Source: a virus. Taken from it: a DNA stretch of 64,000 bases. A program made the position numbers and the translations under genes. Positions 19,699 to 29,940 of this stretch are shown in pieces. Within the stretch, counting starts at the first letter, position 1. Each line of letters begins with the position of its first letter. The DNA lies in IMG/VR virus record IMGVR_UViG_3300047480_000598, positions 32,001-96,000 of that record. One strand, given 5' to 3'. The notes beneath the pieces are model-generated. The model worked only from the letters and a program-made list of their open reading frames with translations, was not told where the DNA came from and did not search any database.

Positions 19699-20277
19699 AT
19701 GGAATTAAAAGAACACATCGCATCATTTACAAAAGTAATGACGCACAAAGAATGTCAAATTCTTATCGATCATTATAACACATTGTCGAATCTAAATCTG
19801 AGCTTTACTCGAATTGATCTTAGAGATGCACCAAATCATAAAAAATCAGATACAGCAGTATTTGTATTAGAAGAATCGTCTGTACGAATTACTCCAGATA
19901 TGGGATTTTTAAATTTTTTCTTAGATAGGCTTTGGAAATGCTATGAAGAATATACTACTAAGTATAGCATCCTTGAACAAGCCAACAAACATCAAGTTAG
20001 ATCGATGAAAATTCAGAAAACTCTTCCGGGTGAAGGTTATCATGTGTGGCATTTTGAATCTGATACATTAGAACATTCATCTAGACTCATAACTTGGGGA
20101 TTATATCTCAATACAGTGGAAGAAGGAGGAGAAACTGAATTTTTATATCAAGGGTTGAGAGTTTCGGCAGTTGAAGGAACATTAGTAATGTGGCCAGCTA
20201 CTTATACCCATGTTCATCGAGGTAATCCTCCGTTAAGTGGAGAAAAGTATCTTCTTACAGGATGGATTGAATATTAA
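19699..20277 (+). CDS. Fe(II)/2OG oxygenase, prolyl-4-hydroxylase-like
   Basis: GYHVWHFE, YLN.VEEGGETEF, WPATYTHVHRGNPP..GEKY. Confidence 0.92.
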   Translation: MELKEHIASFTKVMTHKECQILIDHYNTLSNLNLSFTRIDLRDAPNHKKSDTAVFVLEESSVRITPDMGFLNFFLDRLWKCYEEYTTKYSILEQANKHQVRSMKIQKTLPGEGYHVWHFESDTLEHSSRLITWGLYLNTVEEGGETEFLYQGLRVSAVEGTLVMWPATYTHVHRGNPPLSGEKYLLTGWIEY

Positions 20278-20900
20278 TGGAAGTTCTTAATCTATTTCCT
20301 ACTGAAGTTTTTGTTTTTAAAAATTTAACAATTGATAATTCTAATTTAATTATTAATCTAGAAAAGTTTGCAGACCAAGTTAAACAATCAAGTAACATAA
20401 GTTATATTAGAAATATTCATGATAAACAAGAAACTAAAGAATTGTTCGATTGGTGCAAAAATTGCTTAGAAGAAATTAGATTAAAGAATCGTTATGATTG
20501 TGATCAATTTGAAATTACAAGTAGTTGGTTTAATAGAGCATTACCAAATTCCGGAATGTGCCAAAATTACCACAGGCATTCTTTAAGTTTTTTTAGTGCT
20601 GTTTATTATCTTACCGACGGATCTCCTACTGTTTTTGAAGATCCTGTAATTCATAGAACACAAGCACAATTAGAAGTATTACGAAAAGATTTCAATCCAT
20701 ATGAATACATACAACCCGAGCCGGGAAAATTAGTAGTTTTTCCAAGTTGGCTGTATCACACTTCTTTACCTCATGTTACAGGTAAGGATAGATATATTAT
20801 CAGTTTTAACACTTTGCCGACGGGGTACGTAAATTATAATGTTGCTACAGATTCCGTTGCTCATATCACATTAGAAACTAAAGAAAAAAAATATGATTAA
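20277..20900 (+). CDS. Putative Fe(II)/2OG oxygenase, TIGR02466-like (HxH)
   Basis: LFPT, SWFN, HRHSLSFFSAVYY, FPSWLYH, RYIISFN. Confidence 0.88.
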   Translation: MEVLNLFPTEVFVFKNLTIDNSNLIINLEKFADQVKQSSNISYIRNIHDKQETKELFDWCKNCLEEIRLKNRYDCDQFEITSSWFNRALPNSGMCQNYHRHSLSFFSAVYYLTDGSPTVFEDPVIHRTQAQLEVLRKDFNPYEYIQPEPGKLVVFPSWLYHTSLPHVTGKDRYIISFNTLPTGYVNYNVATDSVAHITLETKEKKYD

Positions 20901-22380
20901 TTCAGTATGTGTGTTAGGAGGAGGTAATGCAGGTCTAATGGCTGCACTTTATCTTAAAACTTCATTACCTGCATTAGATGTATTGCTTATTAAATCTAAA
21001 AAAATCGGTACAATCGGAGTCGGTGAAGGAAGTACAGAACATTGGTCAGCATTTGCCAATGCAGTTGGGATCAACATAGTCGATTTAATACAGCATTGTG
21101 GTGCTACTATTAAAATAGGTATAAAATTTGAAAATTGGCACGGAGATGGAACTAGTTATTTTCATAGTCTTCCGGAATTTTTAGCATCAATGCATTCATA
21201 CTCTGGTGCACCGTATACTTTAATGAGATTAATAGGCGACGGCATAGGAACTGAACAATTACATTGGGACTTACCGATGAAAGGATATGTTCGAGAACCG
21301 TTAACTGACTATTATCAATTTCATTTTGATAGTGAAAAACTAAATTTGTTTTTAGAAGATAGATGTAAGTTAATCGGAATTAAAATTATTGATACTGAGA
21401 TTGTTGGACCGGAATTAGACAATGAAGGATTTGTACAAAATATTGTCGATGTTAATAGCCGACGATTTTATGCTGATTTCTTCATCGACAGTAGTGGATT
21501 TAACAGAGTCATTGCTTCTAAATTAGGAGCAGAATGGGTTGATTGGTCAAAATATTTACCTTTGAATAGTGCCATTGCATTTCAAACAGCGTATGAAGAA
21601 GAGATCCCTCCCTATACTTTAGCAAAAGCTATGAGCAGTGGGTGGCATTGGAGAAGTCCAGTACAGGATCGATATGGAAACGGATATGTATTTAGTGACC
21701 ATTTTATCTCAGAGACACAAGCAATCGATGAAATTCAAAAACAGTTTAAAGATACCATTCATATCGGACGAAAAATAAACTATATCTCAGGGAAAGTTAA
21801 TCGAGCATGGATTAAAAATTGTGTGTCTATTGGACTTAGTAGTAATTTTGTTGAACCTTTAGAGGCGAGTAGTATTTCGACTACTATAAAACAACTACAG
21901 TTATTAACTACTACAATGTGGAATTGGTCTAAAGAAGATGTTAATGGAATTAAATCTTATAATGCAAACGTCGATGATATGATGAATAACATCTTAGACT
22001 TTATACAGCTTCATTATTTTACACAAAGAGATGATACTAATTTTTGGAAATGGTGTAAGAATGAGATTGTCATGACTGATTTTAATAAAGAAAATTTAGA
22101 ATATTTTAAGAAAAATTTTGTAAATCATGCATTATTACCCGAGGACAGTGTATTCCAGAATTATCGTATATATGATTGTTTAAATTGGATTCAAGTAATG
22201 CACGGGTTACGAATGTTTGATACTGCAAAAATTAAAGAATTATATGAAAAGCATTTTGGTTTTATGAGGTATGCAGATGAACAAAATATTTCTACAATTC
22301 AAAATAATAAAACCGACGAATGGATGACTTGTCGTGAAGCGATTAATTTTGTTAAGAATCCAAAGGTATATAAATTATGA
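20893..22380 (+). CDS. Flavin-dependent halogenase, tryptophan halogenase family (H1)
   Basis: GGGNAG, GVGEGS, ATIKIGIKFENW (catalytic Lys), GWHWRSP, FVEPLEASS. Confidence 0.92.
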   Translation: MINSVCVLGGGNAGLMAALYLKTSLPALDVLLIKSKKIGTIGVGEGSTEHWSAFANAVGINIVDLIQHCGATIKIGIKFENWHGDGTSYFHSLPEFLASMHSYSGAPYTLMRLIGDGIGTEQLHWDLPMKGYVREPLTDYYQFHFDSEKLNLFLEDRCKLIGIKIIDTEIVGPELDNEGFVQNIVDVNSRRFYADFFIDSSGFNRVIASKLGAEWVDWSKYLPLNSAIAFQTAYEEEIPPYTLAKAMSSGWHWRSPVQDRYGNGYVFSDHFISETQAIDEIQKQFKDTIHIGRKINYISGKVNRAWIKNCVSIGLSSNFVEPLEASSISTTIKQLQLLTTTMWNWSKEDVNGIKSYNANVDDMMNNILDFIQLHYFTQRDDTNFWKWCKNEIVMTDFNKENLEYFKKNFVNHALLPEDSVFQNYRIYDCLNWIQVMHGLRMFDTAKIKELYEKHFGFMRYADEQNISTIQNNKTDEWMTCREAINFVKNPKVYKL

Positions 22381-23882
22381 TTAACTCTTTGTGTATTTTG
22401 GGCGGGGGTACTAGTGGATTAGTCTCAGCATTAATACTTAGGAAAGGTTGGCCTGAACTTAAAATTACTATTATCGAAAGTTCAAAATATGGAATTGCCG
22501 GAGTTGGAGAAGGTAGTACCGAACATTGGAAGAACTTTATTCAGCATGTTGATATTACAATACCTGATTTAATCAGAGAGACAGATGCTACATTTAAAAT
22601 GGGTATTAAATTTACAAATTGGCATGGTGATAATACACACTATTTCCATAGTTTATCAGAACAATGGGGCGGTATAAGTAGAACTAATGGAGTTCCGTTT
22701 ACTTTTGCAAAACAAATTAGTGAAAATGTTGATCCGTTAGAAACAGCATGGCATTTATCTAAAAATAGTCGACATATTGAACCTTTACATGATATTCTTA
22801 GCCAATATCATTTTGATACATTTAAATTAAATGAATTTTTACATAAAAAATGTATCGAACGAAATATCGATATTATTGATACTGAAATTAATGACGTGAT
22901 CTTAGATAACGAAGGTCATGTGAAGTCGTTACTCGATTGTAATAATAACATTCATTCTTACGAATTTTATGTTGATTGCAGTGGATTTCGACGTGTAATA
23001 GGTTCTAAATTAGGGGCTAAATGGATTGATAGAAGTGCGCAATTACCGATGAACTCTGCAATTGCATTCCCTACCAGTTACAAAGAAGAAATTCCATCAT
23101 ATACAGAAGCTACCGCATTAAGTAGCGGTTGGTGTTGGCGAATTCCGACGCAAGAAAGATTTGGAAACGGTTATGTATTTTGTGATCAATTTATTACCGA
23201 AACTAAAGCATACGACGAAGTACAACAACATTACAAAAATTTAGGTATTAATGATTCGATAGACATTGGACGAACTTTCAAATTTCAAGCAGGATATGTT
23301 GATAAATTTTGGATTAAAAACTGTGTAATGGTGGGGCTATCAGGTGTATTCGTGGAGCCACTGGAAGCTAGTTCGATAGGAACAACAATTCAACAACTCT
23401 TTATATTAGTAGCATCTTTATTTTATTATGATCGAACCAATTCCAATACTGCTACTAGATATAACAAACATATGACTGAAATTTCTGAAAATATTATTGA
23501 TTTTATACAATTGCATTATTTTACTCAGCGTGAAGATACTGAGTTCTGGAAATGGTGTAAACACAACATTAAATTAACAGATTTTAACGCCGAAAATTTA
23601 GATCATTTTAAAAATGATTTTGTAAATGCACAATTTTTTGGAACTCCGATGGTATTGTTTTCTCAATTAAATTGGATTCAAGTAATGCATGGACTAAGGT
23701 TGTTTAATATTCCTGCACTAAAGGAGAAATATGATAAACATATGAAGGATATTTATACTTCGGTCGTAAACAATATAATGGAAGAAGATCGCGAATTTGT
23801 TAAAAAGAGGGAATCCTTTCCTCATCGTATTGCATTAGAAATGATTAAGGAGAGGTTCAATGAAGTTAAAATACAACTCTAA
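22377..23882 (+). CDS. Flavin-dependent halogenase, tryptophan halogenase family (H2)
   Basis: GGGTSG, GVGEGS, ATFKMGIKFTNW, GWCWRIP, FVEPLEASS. Confidence 0.93.
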   Translation: MINSLCILGGGTSGLVSALILRKGWPELKITIIESSKYGIAGVGEGSTEHWKNFIQHVDITIPDLIRETDATFKMGIKFTNWHGDNTHYFHSLSEQWGGISRTNGVPFTFAKQISENVDPLETAWHLSKNSRHIEPLHDILSQYHFDTFKLNEFLHKKCIERNIDIIDTEINDVILDNEGHVKSLLDCNNNIHSYEFYVDCSGFRRVIGSKLGAKWIDRSAQLPMNSAIAFPTSYKEEIPSYTEATALSSGWCWRIPTQERFGNGYVFCDQFITETKAYDEVQQHYKNLGINDSIDIGRTFKFQAGYVDKFWIKNCVMVGLSGVFVEPLEASSIGTTIQQLFILVASLFYYDRTNSNTATRYNKHMTEISENIIDFIQLHYFTQREDTEFWKWCKHNIKLTDFNAENLDHFKNDFVNAQFFGTPMVLFSQLNWIQVMHGLRLFNIPALKEKYDKHMKDIYTSVVNNIMEEDREFVKKRESFPHRIALEMIKERFNEVKIQL

Positions 23883-25419
23883 AGTAGTTATTTTAGGAGG
23901 TGGAACAGCCGGATGGCTTACTGGTTTGTTTATAAGAAGAAATTGGCCGAATACATCTATCACTATTGTAGAAGATCCAAATAGACCTCCAATTATAGCA
24001 GGCGAAAGTGGAAATACTACGTTTCTTTCTTTATTAAGACATTTAAAAATTGATAATGACGAGTTTATTCGAGAGGTAAATGCTACACCTAAATTAGGAG
24101 GAAAATTTACAGACTGGAACGGAGTTGGAACAGAATTTATACATTGTTTGCAAACCGATTATGCTCCTTGGTTAGATGGTTGGACTGACTATGTAACTCA
24201 AAATATCGATAAGGACGATGACTTAACCTTAGGGTCATTAGTTAGTATCATGGACAACGAACGGTCTAAAGATGCTTATCTAAAAACTTTAATCGGAAAT
24301 AATATACCCTTAGCTGATGCATTTTTTGCTACATATTTTATTAAAGAAGATAAAGTTCCATTTGGATCATTGCTAGATATCCCGTGTATTCCGATGTGGC
24401 ATTTTGAAAGTCGAGGAGCTGCTGCATATTTTAAAAAAATTGGATTAGAAAGAAACATTACATTAGTCGAAGGGGAATACAAACATTCAATTCAATGTGA
24501 GAATGGAGATATTAGTAGCATCACATTAAATAACGGAGTTTCTTTAGAGGGGGATTGGTTTTTTGATTGTTCAGGATTTTCAAGGTTATTGCTTGGCGGT
24601 GTTTTAAAAGAGCCAATAGTAGATTACACGAATTATTTTCCTGCAAGATCAGTAGTTGCATGGTGGGATCAATCTTGCCCATGTGTTACAACTAATTCGA
24701 TAGCTATGAAATACGGCTGGTCTTGGAATATTAATATACGTTGTCGATCAGGAAATGGATATATCTACGATCCCGATCATATAAATCTCGATCAAGCAAT
24801 CGACGAAGTGAATCAGCGATTTAACCTTAAAATCGATCCTATTGCAAATTTCACATTTGTCCCCGGAATGATGCGTAAAGCATGGAAAAATAATGTTTTT
24901 GCCATAGGGTTAAGTAGCGGATTTTTAGAACCGTTAGAAGCAAATGGCATTGCTGTAATTGTAGAAAGTTTGTTCGGGTTACAAGATTATTGGAGTCCTT
25001 CTCAAAAAAATTATGAAAAATCGACTATAGATAGATTCAACGATCGTATTTGGTATATTACAGAAGATATTAGAGATTTCCTAACTTTACATTATCGAGG
25101 CCATCGTTCTGATAGTGATTTTTGGAGGAGTCATAATAATGACTCGTTTAGAGTACCTGATTCTCTAAAGGAAAAACTAAGTTTATGGGATCAGTTTTAT
25201 CAAGGAAAGGGACCAGAACCATATATAACCGGATATTCTCCTGCTGCTTGGTTAATGGTATTACAAGGATTAAAGATTTTTGACCATACTCGTATTGCTG
25301 ATTTAAATAAAAATTTATTACCGTTAGGTAAGAAGATACTAAATATCAATGAAAATAAATATAAGTCTATGGTTGATTCATGTTGGACTATACATCAATG
25401 GATTAAAAATATAAAATAA
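23860..25419 (+). CDS. Flavin-dependent halogenase, tryptophan halogenase family (H3)
   Basis: GGGTAG, IAGESG, ATPKLGGKFTDW, GWSWNI, FLEPLEANG. Confidence 0.9.
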   Translation: MKLKYNSKVVILGGGTAGWLTGLFIRRNWPNTSITIVEDPNRPPIIAGESGNTTFLSLLRHLKIDNDEFIREVNATPKLGGKFTDWNGVGTEFIHCLQTDYAPWLDGWTDYVTQNIDKDDDLTLGSLVSIMDNERSKDAYLKTLIGNNIPLADAFFATYFIKEDKVPFGSLLDIPCIPMWHFESRGAAAYFKKIGLERNITLVEGEYKHSIQCENGDISSITLNNGVSLEGDWFFDCSGFSRLLLGGVLKEPIVDYTNYFPARSVVAWWDQSCPCVTTNSIAMKYGWSWNINIRCRSGNGYIYDPDHINLDQAIDEVNQRFNLKIDPIANFTFVPGMMRKAWKNNVFAIGLSSGFLEPLEANGIAVIVESLFGLQDYWSPSQKNYEKSTIDRFNDRIWYITEDIRDFLTLHYRGHRSDSDFWRSHNNDSFRVPDSLKEKLSLWDQFYQGKGPEPYITGYSPAAWLMVLQGLKIFDHTRIADLNKNLLPLGKKILNINENKYKSMVDSCWTIHQWIKNIK

Positions 25420-25422
25420 ATA
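25416..25422 (+). promoter_or_regulatory. Late promoter box ATAAATA
   Basis: Overlaps H3 stop; upstream of SD GGAG of 25440. Confidence 0.5.
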
Positions 25423-25439
25423 TAGTATGGGAGAAAAAC

Positions 25440-25646
25440 ATGGCTGTTTATAAAATGATTCTAAGAGACGGTGAAAATCCGGACACTTCTAAATTGCATG
25501 TAATTGCATACTTTTGCAATGCAGAAACTAAACTTGAAGCTGCAAAATTATTTGACGACAAGTTTGGGCCTAAGTGGAATGTAGCAGGTCCAACAAAAAT
25601 TGAAGACGAATCTTCAATTCCAGGCGACGCAAATTTTATTAATTAA
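25440..25646 (+). CDS. Small hypothetical protein
   Basis: 68 aa, SD GGGAG, fills the gap exactly. Confidence 0.7.
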   Translation: MAVYKMILRDGENPDTSKLHVIAYFCNAETKLEAAKLFDDKFGPKWNVAGPTKIEDESSIPGDANFIN

Positions 25647-26278
25647 ATTTTACTTGCATTATCTATAAGATCTTTAACAGTTGCAATATGTTGTAACTCA
25701 GACTGCACTGCCTGGCTGGTGTACTCGAACGGTAATCCTAAGCACGGCCGAGTATCATATTTTAGCCAGGCATCTGTACCTGTTGCATCTACATATTGAA
25801 GGAAACATTGTATATGCTTTGAACTAGTCAACGGATCTCTCCAATGTGCATGTTTTCTTCCACTATAAATTCCAGCATCTCCGACTTCTAGTCGGATTTC
25901 ATGCGTTGTGCCGTTTTCGTTTTTAACGTACAATGGCCAAATTTCGGTTTGCATCAAACATATACTAACTGTTACTTCAGAGCTTGCTCTGTCAAAATGA
26001 TATTGCAGTTTGCTTCCTTCGTAGTAAATTCTAGCATAGGAATATGTAGGATACAATTTCATTTGTACTGCTTCTTCAATTTTCGGTTGTATTTTTACAG
26101 CTAATGCTTCTATCATGAGAGGACTATATCTTGCAAATGTATTTTCACACAAATCGGCTAAATTTGCAGTAGGATAAAGATGCTTACATACATCTTCCAT
26201 CATTTGATATTCTAATGCAATAAATTCTGCTAACTCTTTACTAATAATGTTTTTAATAATTTTATAATCTTCTTTCAT
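25643..26278 (-). CDS. Fe(II)/2OG oxygenase (HxD)
   Basis: YPTYSYARIY, HFDRASSEVTVSI, WPLY, GD..IYSG...HWR. Confidence 0.85.
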   Translation of the reverse strand: MKEDYKIIKNIISKELAEFIALEYQMMEDVCKHLYPTANLADLCENTFARYSPLMIEALAVKIQPKIEEAVQMKLYPTYSYARIYYEGSKLQYHFDRASSEVTVSICLMQTEIWPLYVKNENGTTHEIRLEVGDAGIYSGRKHAHWRDPLTSSKHIQCFLQYVDATGTDAWLKYDTRPCLGLPFEYTSQAVQSELQHIATVKDLIDNASKI

Positions 26279-26829
26279 AATAGCGGTATTAAACTCATGT
26301 TTCCAAAAGGTCGTTCAATATATTTTGTTACATATTTTTGTAAAGGTAGTGTGTGAACATCGTATCCGATAGTTGTTCGGATTCCTTCAAACGGCTCTAT
26401 TAATTCAACTTTATGTTTTCTATAACCGGGAGCAAAATAAATCTGTCCTACTTCGTTTTTAATAGTATAATTTTCGAAAATAGTGTTAGTATTTTTTGGT
26501 TCAATTGAAATGTATCCGTGATATTCAAATTCGTGAGCATGCCAATCTAACATCTCATCAGAACTATGATAATTAATCCACGCTTGTATCCATAAAGGTC
26601 GATCGTCGCCCAATTGCGATCTAATAAGTGTTCTAAGTTCCTTATATATTTGATGAAATGCACTAGATGGTGCTGTGAGAGCAAATACATTATATTTGTG
26701 ATAACTCCATGTTGAGTCATCTGCTGGAAATACTTGTTTAAACACTCGATGAGCGATTGCAATATCTTCTTTAATTAAATCGATATTATCGACAATATAT
26801 TGAGATTGATGAAGAATATAATCATTCAT
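26275..26829 (-). CDS. Putative Fe(II)/2OG oxygenase (HxH)
   Basis: QAWINYH, WHAHEFEYHGY, HKV, RTTIGYD. Confidence 0.75.
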   Translation of the reverse strand: MNDYILHQSQYIVDNIDLIKEDIAIAHRVFKQVFPADDSTWSYHKYNVFALTAPSSAFHQIYKELRTLIRSQLGDDRPLWIQAWINYHSSDEMLDWHAHEFEYHGYISIEPKNTNTIFENYTIKNEVGQIYFAPGYRKHKVELIEPFEGIRTTIGYDVHTLPLQKYVTKYIERPFGNMSLIPLL

Positions 26830-27437
26830 AAAATTATAGATCCTAAATTAATGTTTATCAAGCATCTAAATTCTGATTCTTTGCAAAAACTTGCTGTGTG
26901 ATAATAATGCCCGGGAAATAATAATAGTTTTCCTTGTTTAGGAGTAATACGTCTTTTAACACTAAAAGGTCCTAATTTTATTTTATTAATATCCTTTTCT
27001 CCAGAATCAAAATCGTCATTCGTTTCATTAAAAATAATTGTATCCCCGTCACTGTTATTAACATAATAAATTGCCACATAATGAGGGAAGAAACTATCAA
27101 TATGAGGCATGAACTGATCTAATTCCGTAGACTGGCCTGATAATGTAAGATTAGCTCGCATTCTTAATAACCTATTGATTGGTAGATTCTTAACTTGGCT
27201 TGTTAATGATAATACTATCGGATATACCATATCGAAAAAGTTACTAGTTGATTTATTATGCTCGTAAAAAAAATGGTTGAATCCTGGGGGATTATTTTTT
27301 TGATTTAAAAAACAATCGTCGCCAGACACAATATTTTTGTTTAATACCCACGGGAAACTAAATCCAGTCATAATGTCGGCGATATATTTTTGTTGATCTA
27401 CAGGAATTATGTTGTCAATTTCGATTATGTCAGTCAT
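26826..27437 (-). CDS. Fe(II)/2OG oxygenase (HxD)
   Basis: PHID, IYYVNNSDGDT, PKQGKLLLFPG..YH, RCLININ. Confidence 0.88.
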   Translation of the reverse strand: MTDIIEIDNIIPVDQQKYIADIMTGFSFPWVLNKNIVSGDDCFLNQKNNPPGFNHFFYEHNKSTSNFFDMVYPIVLSLTSQVKNLPINRLLRMRANLTLSGQSTELDQFMPHIDSFFPHYVAIYYVNNSDGDTIIFNETNDDFDSGEKDINKIKLGPFSVKRRITPKQGKLLLFPGHYYHTASFCKESEFRCLININLGSIIL

Positions 27438-28051
27438 TGCTTTTTTCGTATATTACCGGATATAGAAATTCGATAGCCATCGGCTGTAGAAAAAGGATAA
27501 ACCATATGCGGAAGTGCAGATGGAAATAACATTATTGTCCCTTCAGATGTCCGATCAACTACAAATTCAGATTCTCTTGATTCTCCAAATACATTAGTAT
27601 ATACAAAAGAGAACATACCCGGGCGGGGCATATTGGTTAATTTACACATATCAGTTAATATTTCGTCTTGAAAATAAAATGGTACTTTTAACCATATTAC
27701 GAAACTATATATACCATCATGTGTATGCATGGGATTAAACTCGTGTTTTTTTTGAAAATTGGACCAATATACATACATTTCAAGATTATTAGAACTTAAA
27801 TTGTTGCGAGTATATGTAATATCCCAGTTTTGCTCGTATTGTTGACATAAAGTTAACACATACTGTTCTAACTCTTTATGGCATTTACTCAACTTAAATT
27901 CTAACGAAATATTTCCAGCAAGATTATTATTATATCTTTCTGCTGTGTTAAAATCTAACTCGTTTATTTCTGTGTTTAGTTTATTAAATAATGATTGAGG
28001 AACGCTATCTTTAATAAATCCATAGTTTGCAAAATTGCCGTATAGTGTCAT
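27434..28051 (-). CDS. Putative Fe(II)/2OG oxygenase (HxH)
   Basis: WSNFQKKHEFNPMHTHDGIYSFV, FPSALPHMVYPF, RISISGN. Confidence 0.88.
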   Translation of the reverse strand: MTLYGNFANYGFIKDSVPQSLFNKLNTEINELDFNTAERYNNNLAGNISLEFKLSKCHKELEQYVLTLCQQYEQNWDITYTRNNLSSNNLEMYVYWSNFQKKHEFNPMHTHDGIYSFVIWLKVPFYFQDEILTDMCKLTNMPRPGMFSFVYTNVFGESRESEFVVDRTSEGTIMLFPSALPHMVYPFSTADGYRISISGNIRKKQ

Positions 28052-28659
28052 ACAGCTAAACCAAAAAAGTTAATAGTTAATCTAGAATCATCTAAATTGT
28101 TTCCAAAAAACTTATCTGCACCGTGCCATTGTTCCGGATGAAACATTAAACACCGATTAAAAATGTTTTCCACCGACATTGTTCTTGTAAACAGTTTTTT
28201 CTGATCTAATTTAAATTTTTCAAAATTAGAACGTTCATCTAAATTAGCAGAAATTTCGTCAAAAAATAGCTGATTAAAGTTAGTATCACTCGACGATATT
28301 TTGTTATAAAAACTTGTCCCTGTCCCTTCTGGCGGATCTGGGTTTAAATAAATTACTCCTGCTACATTATATTGTGGTTCGTCTTGATGCAGCCAACCGG
28401 ATCCAAAACTTCCGTCAACACTTGTAAAATTTACCTTAAGATGTAAAAAATTATTTTTATCGTGTATATGCAACATAAGTTTCGATGCAAGAGAATTAAA
28501 TAGTTCCATATCTAACTCGTTTAACGTTGCTGATCTTACACCCGGCCATGTTGAGGTCTCATCTCTCGAATACTGCTGTTTTAATGCAAAGATTCTCCAT
28601 AAATCCGGAGACTCAAAAAAGTTATCGATAACTTTAATCGGTTGTTTTAATTTTCTCAT
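28048..28659 (-). CDS. Fe(II)/2OG oxygenase, DUF6445-like (HxD)
   Basis: IDNFFESPD, WPGVRS, WLHQD, AGVIYLNP..GT, NIFNR..WH, RLTINFF. Confidence 0.82.
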   Translation of the reverse strand: MRKLKQPIKVIDNFFESPDLWRIFALKQQYSRDETSTWPGVRSATLNELDMELFNSLASKLMLHIHDKNNFLHLKVNFTSVDGSFGSGWLHQDEPQYNVAGVIYLNPDPPEGTGTSFYNKISSSDTNFNQLFFDEISANLDERSNFEKFKLDQKKLFTRTMSVENIFNRCLMFHPEQWHGADKFFGNNLDDSRLTINFFGLAV

Positions 28660-29363
28660 GACTTTATAAAAAATACCTGTGTTAATCTAGAATCTTCTTT
28701 CGTTTTTCCGAAAAAGTTGTCGGCGCTATGCCAACACCTTGAATCAAACATAATAAGACGATTAAAAACATTCTCGACTACAATACTTTTTTCGAATTTT
28801 GATATTTGATCTTCTCTATATTTTTGATATTTTTCTCGATCGTTAGGTGACGACAAATGTACATCTTCAACAAACGCTTTTGAATACTGGTCCCCGTTGA
28901 AATCTACCGAATCCTCGTATATCGTTGTACCTGCACCTAACGGTGCATCTTTATTTAAATATATAATCCCTGCTACTTGAAACGAAGGGTCGTCATCATG
29001 TACCCATCCTCGGCCATATGTTTCGTCGATACTTTGAAATCCGGTTTGAAGTTCTGATACTTCTGTTATTCCGTATTCTTTTAAGATAAACAAAAGTTTT
29101 TTTAACGTTACATTAAACAGATTTCGATTTAATCGATGTAATAATTCAGTTCTAAGACCAGGCCAATTCCCTCGATCACCTTTAAAAAATTCTTGACTTA
29201 ACGCAAAATCTCTCCATAAATTAGGATCTTCATAAAAATTATCTACTACGATAGTCGGTATGTATGGATATAAAAATCTGTTTTTTAAATCATTAAGTTT
29301 GATAAAATCTGAACTACTTTGATTTAACTCATTAGTGAAACGATTAATAAAATGATTATTCAT
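28656..29363 (-). CDS. Fe(II)/2OG oxygenase, DUF6445-like (HxD), tandem paralog of 28048..28659
   Basis: VDNFYEDP, WPGLRT, WVHDD, AGIIYLN, NVFNR..WH, RLTQVFF. Confidence 0.82.
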   Translation of the reverse strand: MNNHFINRFTNELNQSSSDFIKLNDLKNRFLYPYIPTIVVDNFYEDPNLWRDFALSQEFFKGDRGNWPGLRTELLHRLNRNLFNVTLKKLLFILKEYGITEVSELQTGFQSIDETYGRGWVHDDDPSFQVAGIIYLNKDAPLGAGTTIYEDSVDFNGDQYSKAFVEDVHLSSPNDREKYQKYREDQISKFEKSIVVENVFNRLIMFDSRCWHSADNFFGKTKEDSRLTQVFFIKS

Positions 29364-29940
29364 GGTGTGTAGCTTTAAAGTTTATGGTTATAGCTAATCT
29401 TTTTGTATGTACTTTTGGGCATGTACTTGAATGATAATGTGCTCCATTAAAAATTAATAGTTTTCCTTGTTCAGGAGTGCATTTATGCATAGGATAATAT
29501 TTTTCCGATTGTTCAAGTTCATGAAAAACTACCGTATCACCGTCGGATTTATTTACATAATAAACTGCTACATAATGATCAGTATGGAAGTCTTTATGGG
29601 GTATATTATATCTATAAGGCATACTCGGAAGTGAATACTTTGTGTTTAATAAAAACCCTGCCCTAACTCGTAATAAATCTACAATTTTTAAATTTGTTTT
29701 TTCATTAATTGTATTTACTAGCGGTTCAATAAATTTAAAATGTGGATTTTCAGTTTGATCGTAGTAATATAATAGATTTCCAAATGCCGGAGTACTTATT
29801 TCCGGAGTATTAGAATATACAGTTGTAGAATCCTCCATGAAGTGCCAATCAAATTTTATATCAGTAAGATATTGGTATATTGCTTTTTGGTACTCATAGT
29901 CTACAAAATTATTAATTTCAATCGGTTTAAATATGCTCAT
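29356..29940 (-). CDS. Fe(II)/2OG oxygenase (HxD), paralog of 26826..27437
   Basis: PHKD, YYVNKSDGDT, PEQGKLLIFNG.HYHSS, RLAITIN; start moved to 29940 (SD AGGA). Confidence 0.85.
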   Translation of the reverse strand: MSIFKPIEINNFVDYEYQKAIYQYLTDIKFDWHFMEDSTTVYSNTPEISTPAFGNLLYYYDQTENPHFKFIEPLVNTINEKTNLKIVDLLRVRAGFLLNTKYSLPSMPYRYNIPHKDFHTDHYVAVYYVNKSDGDTVVFHELEQSEKYYPMHKCTPEQGKLLIFNGAHYHSSTCPKVHTKRLAITINFKATHHE

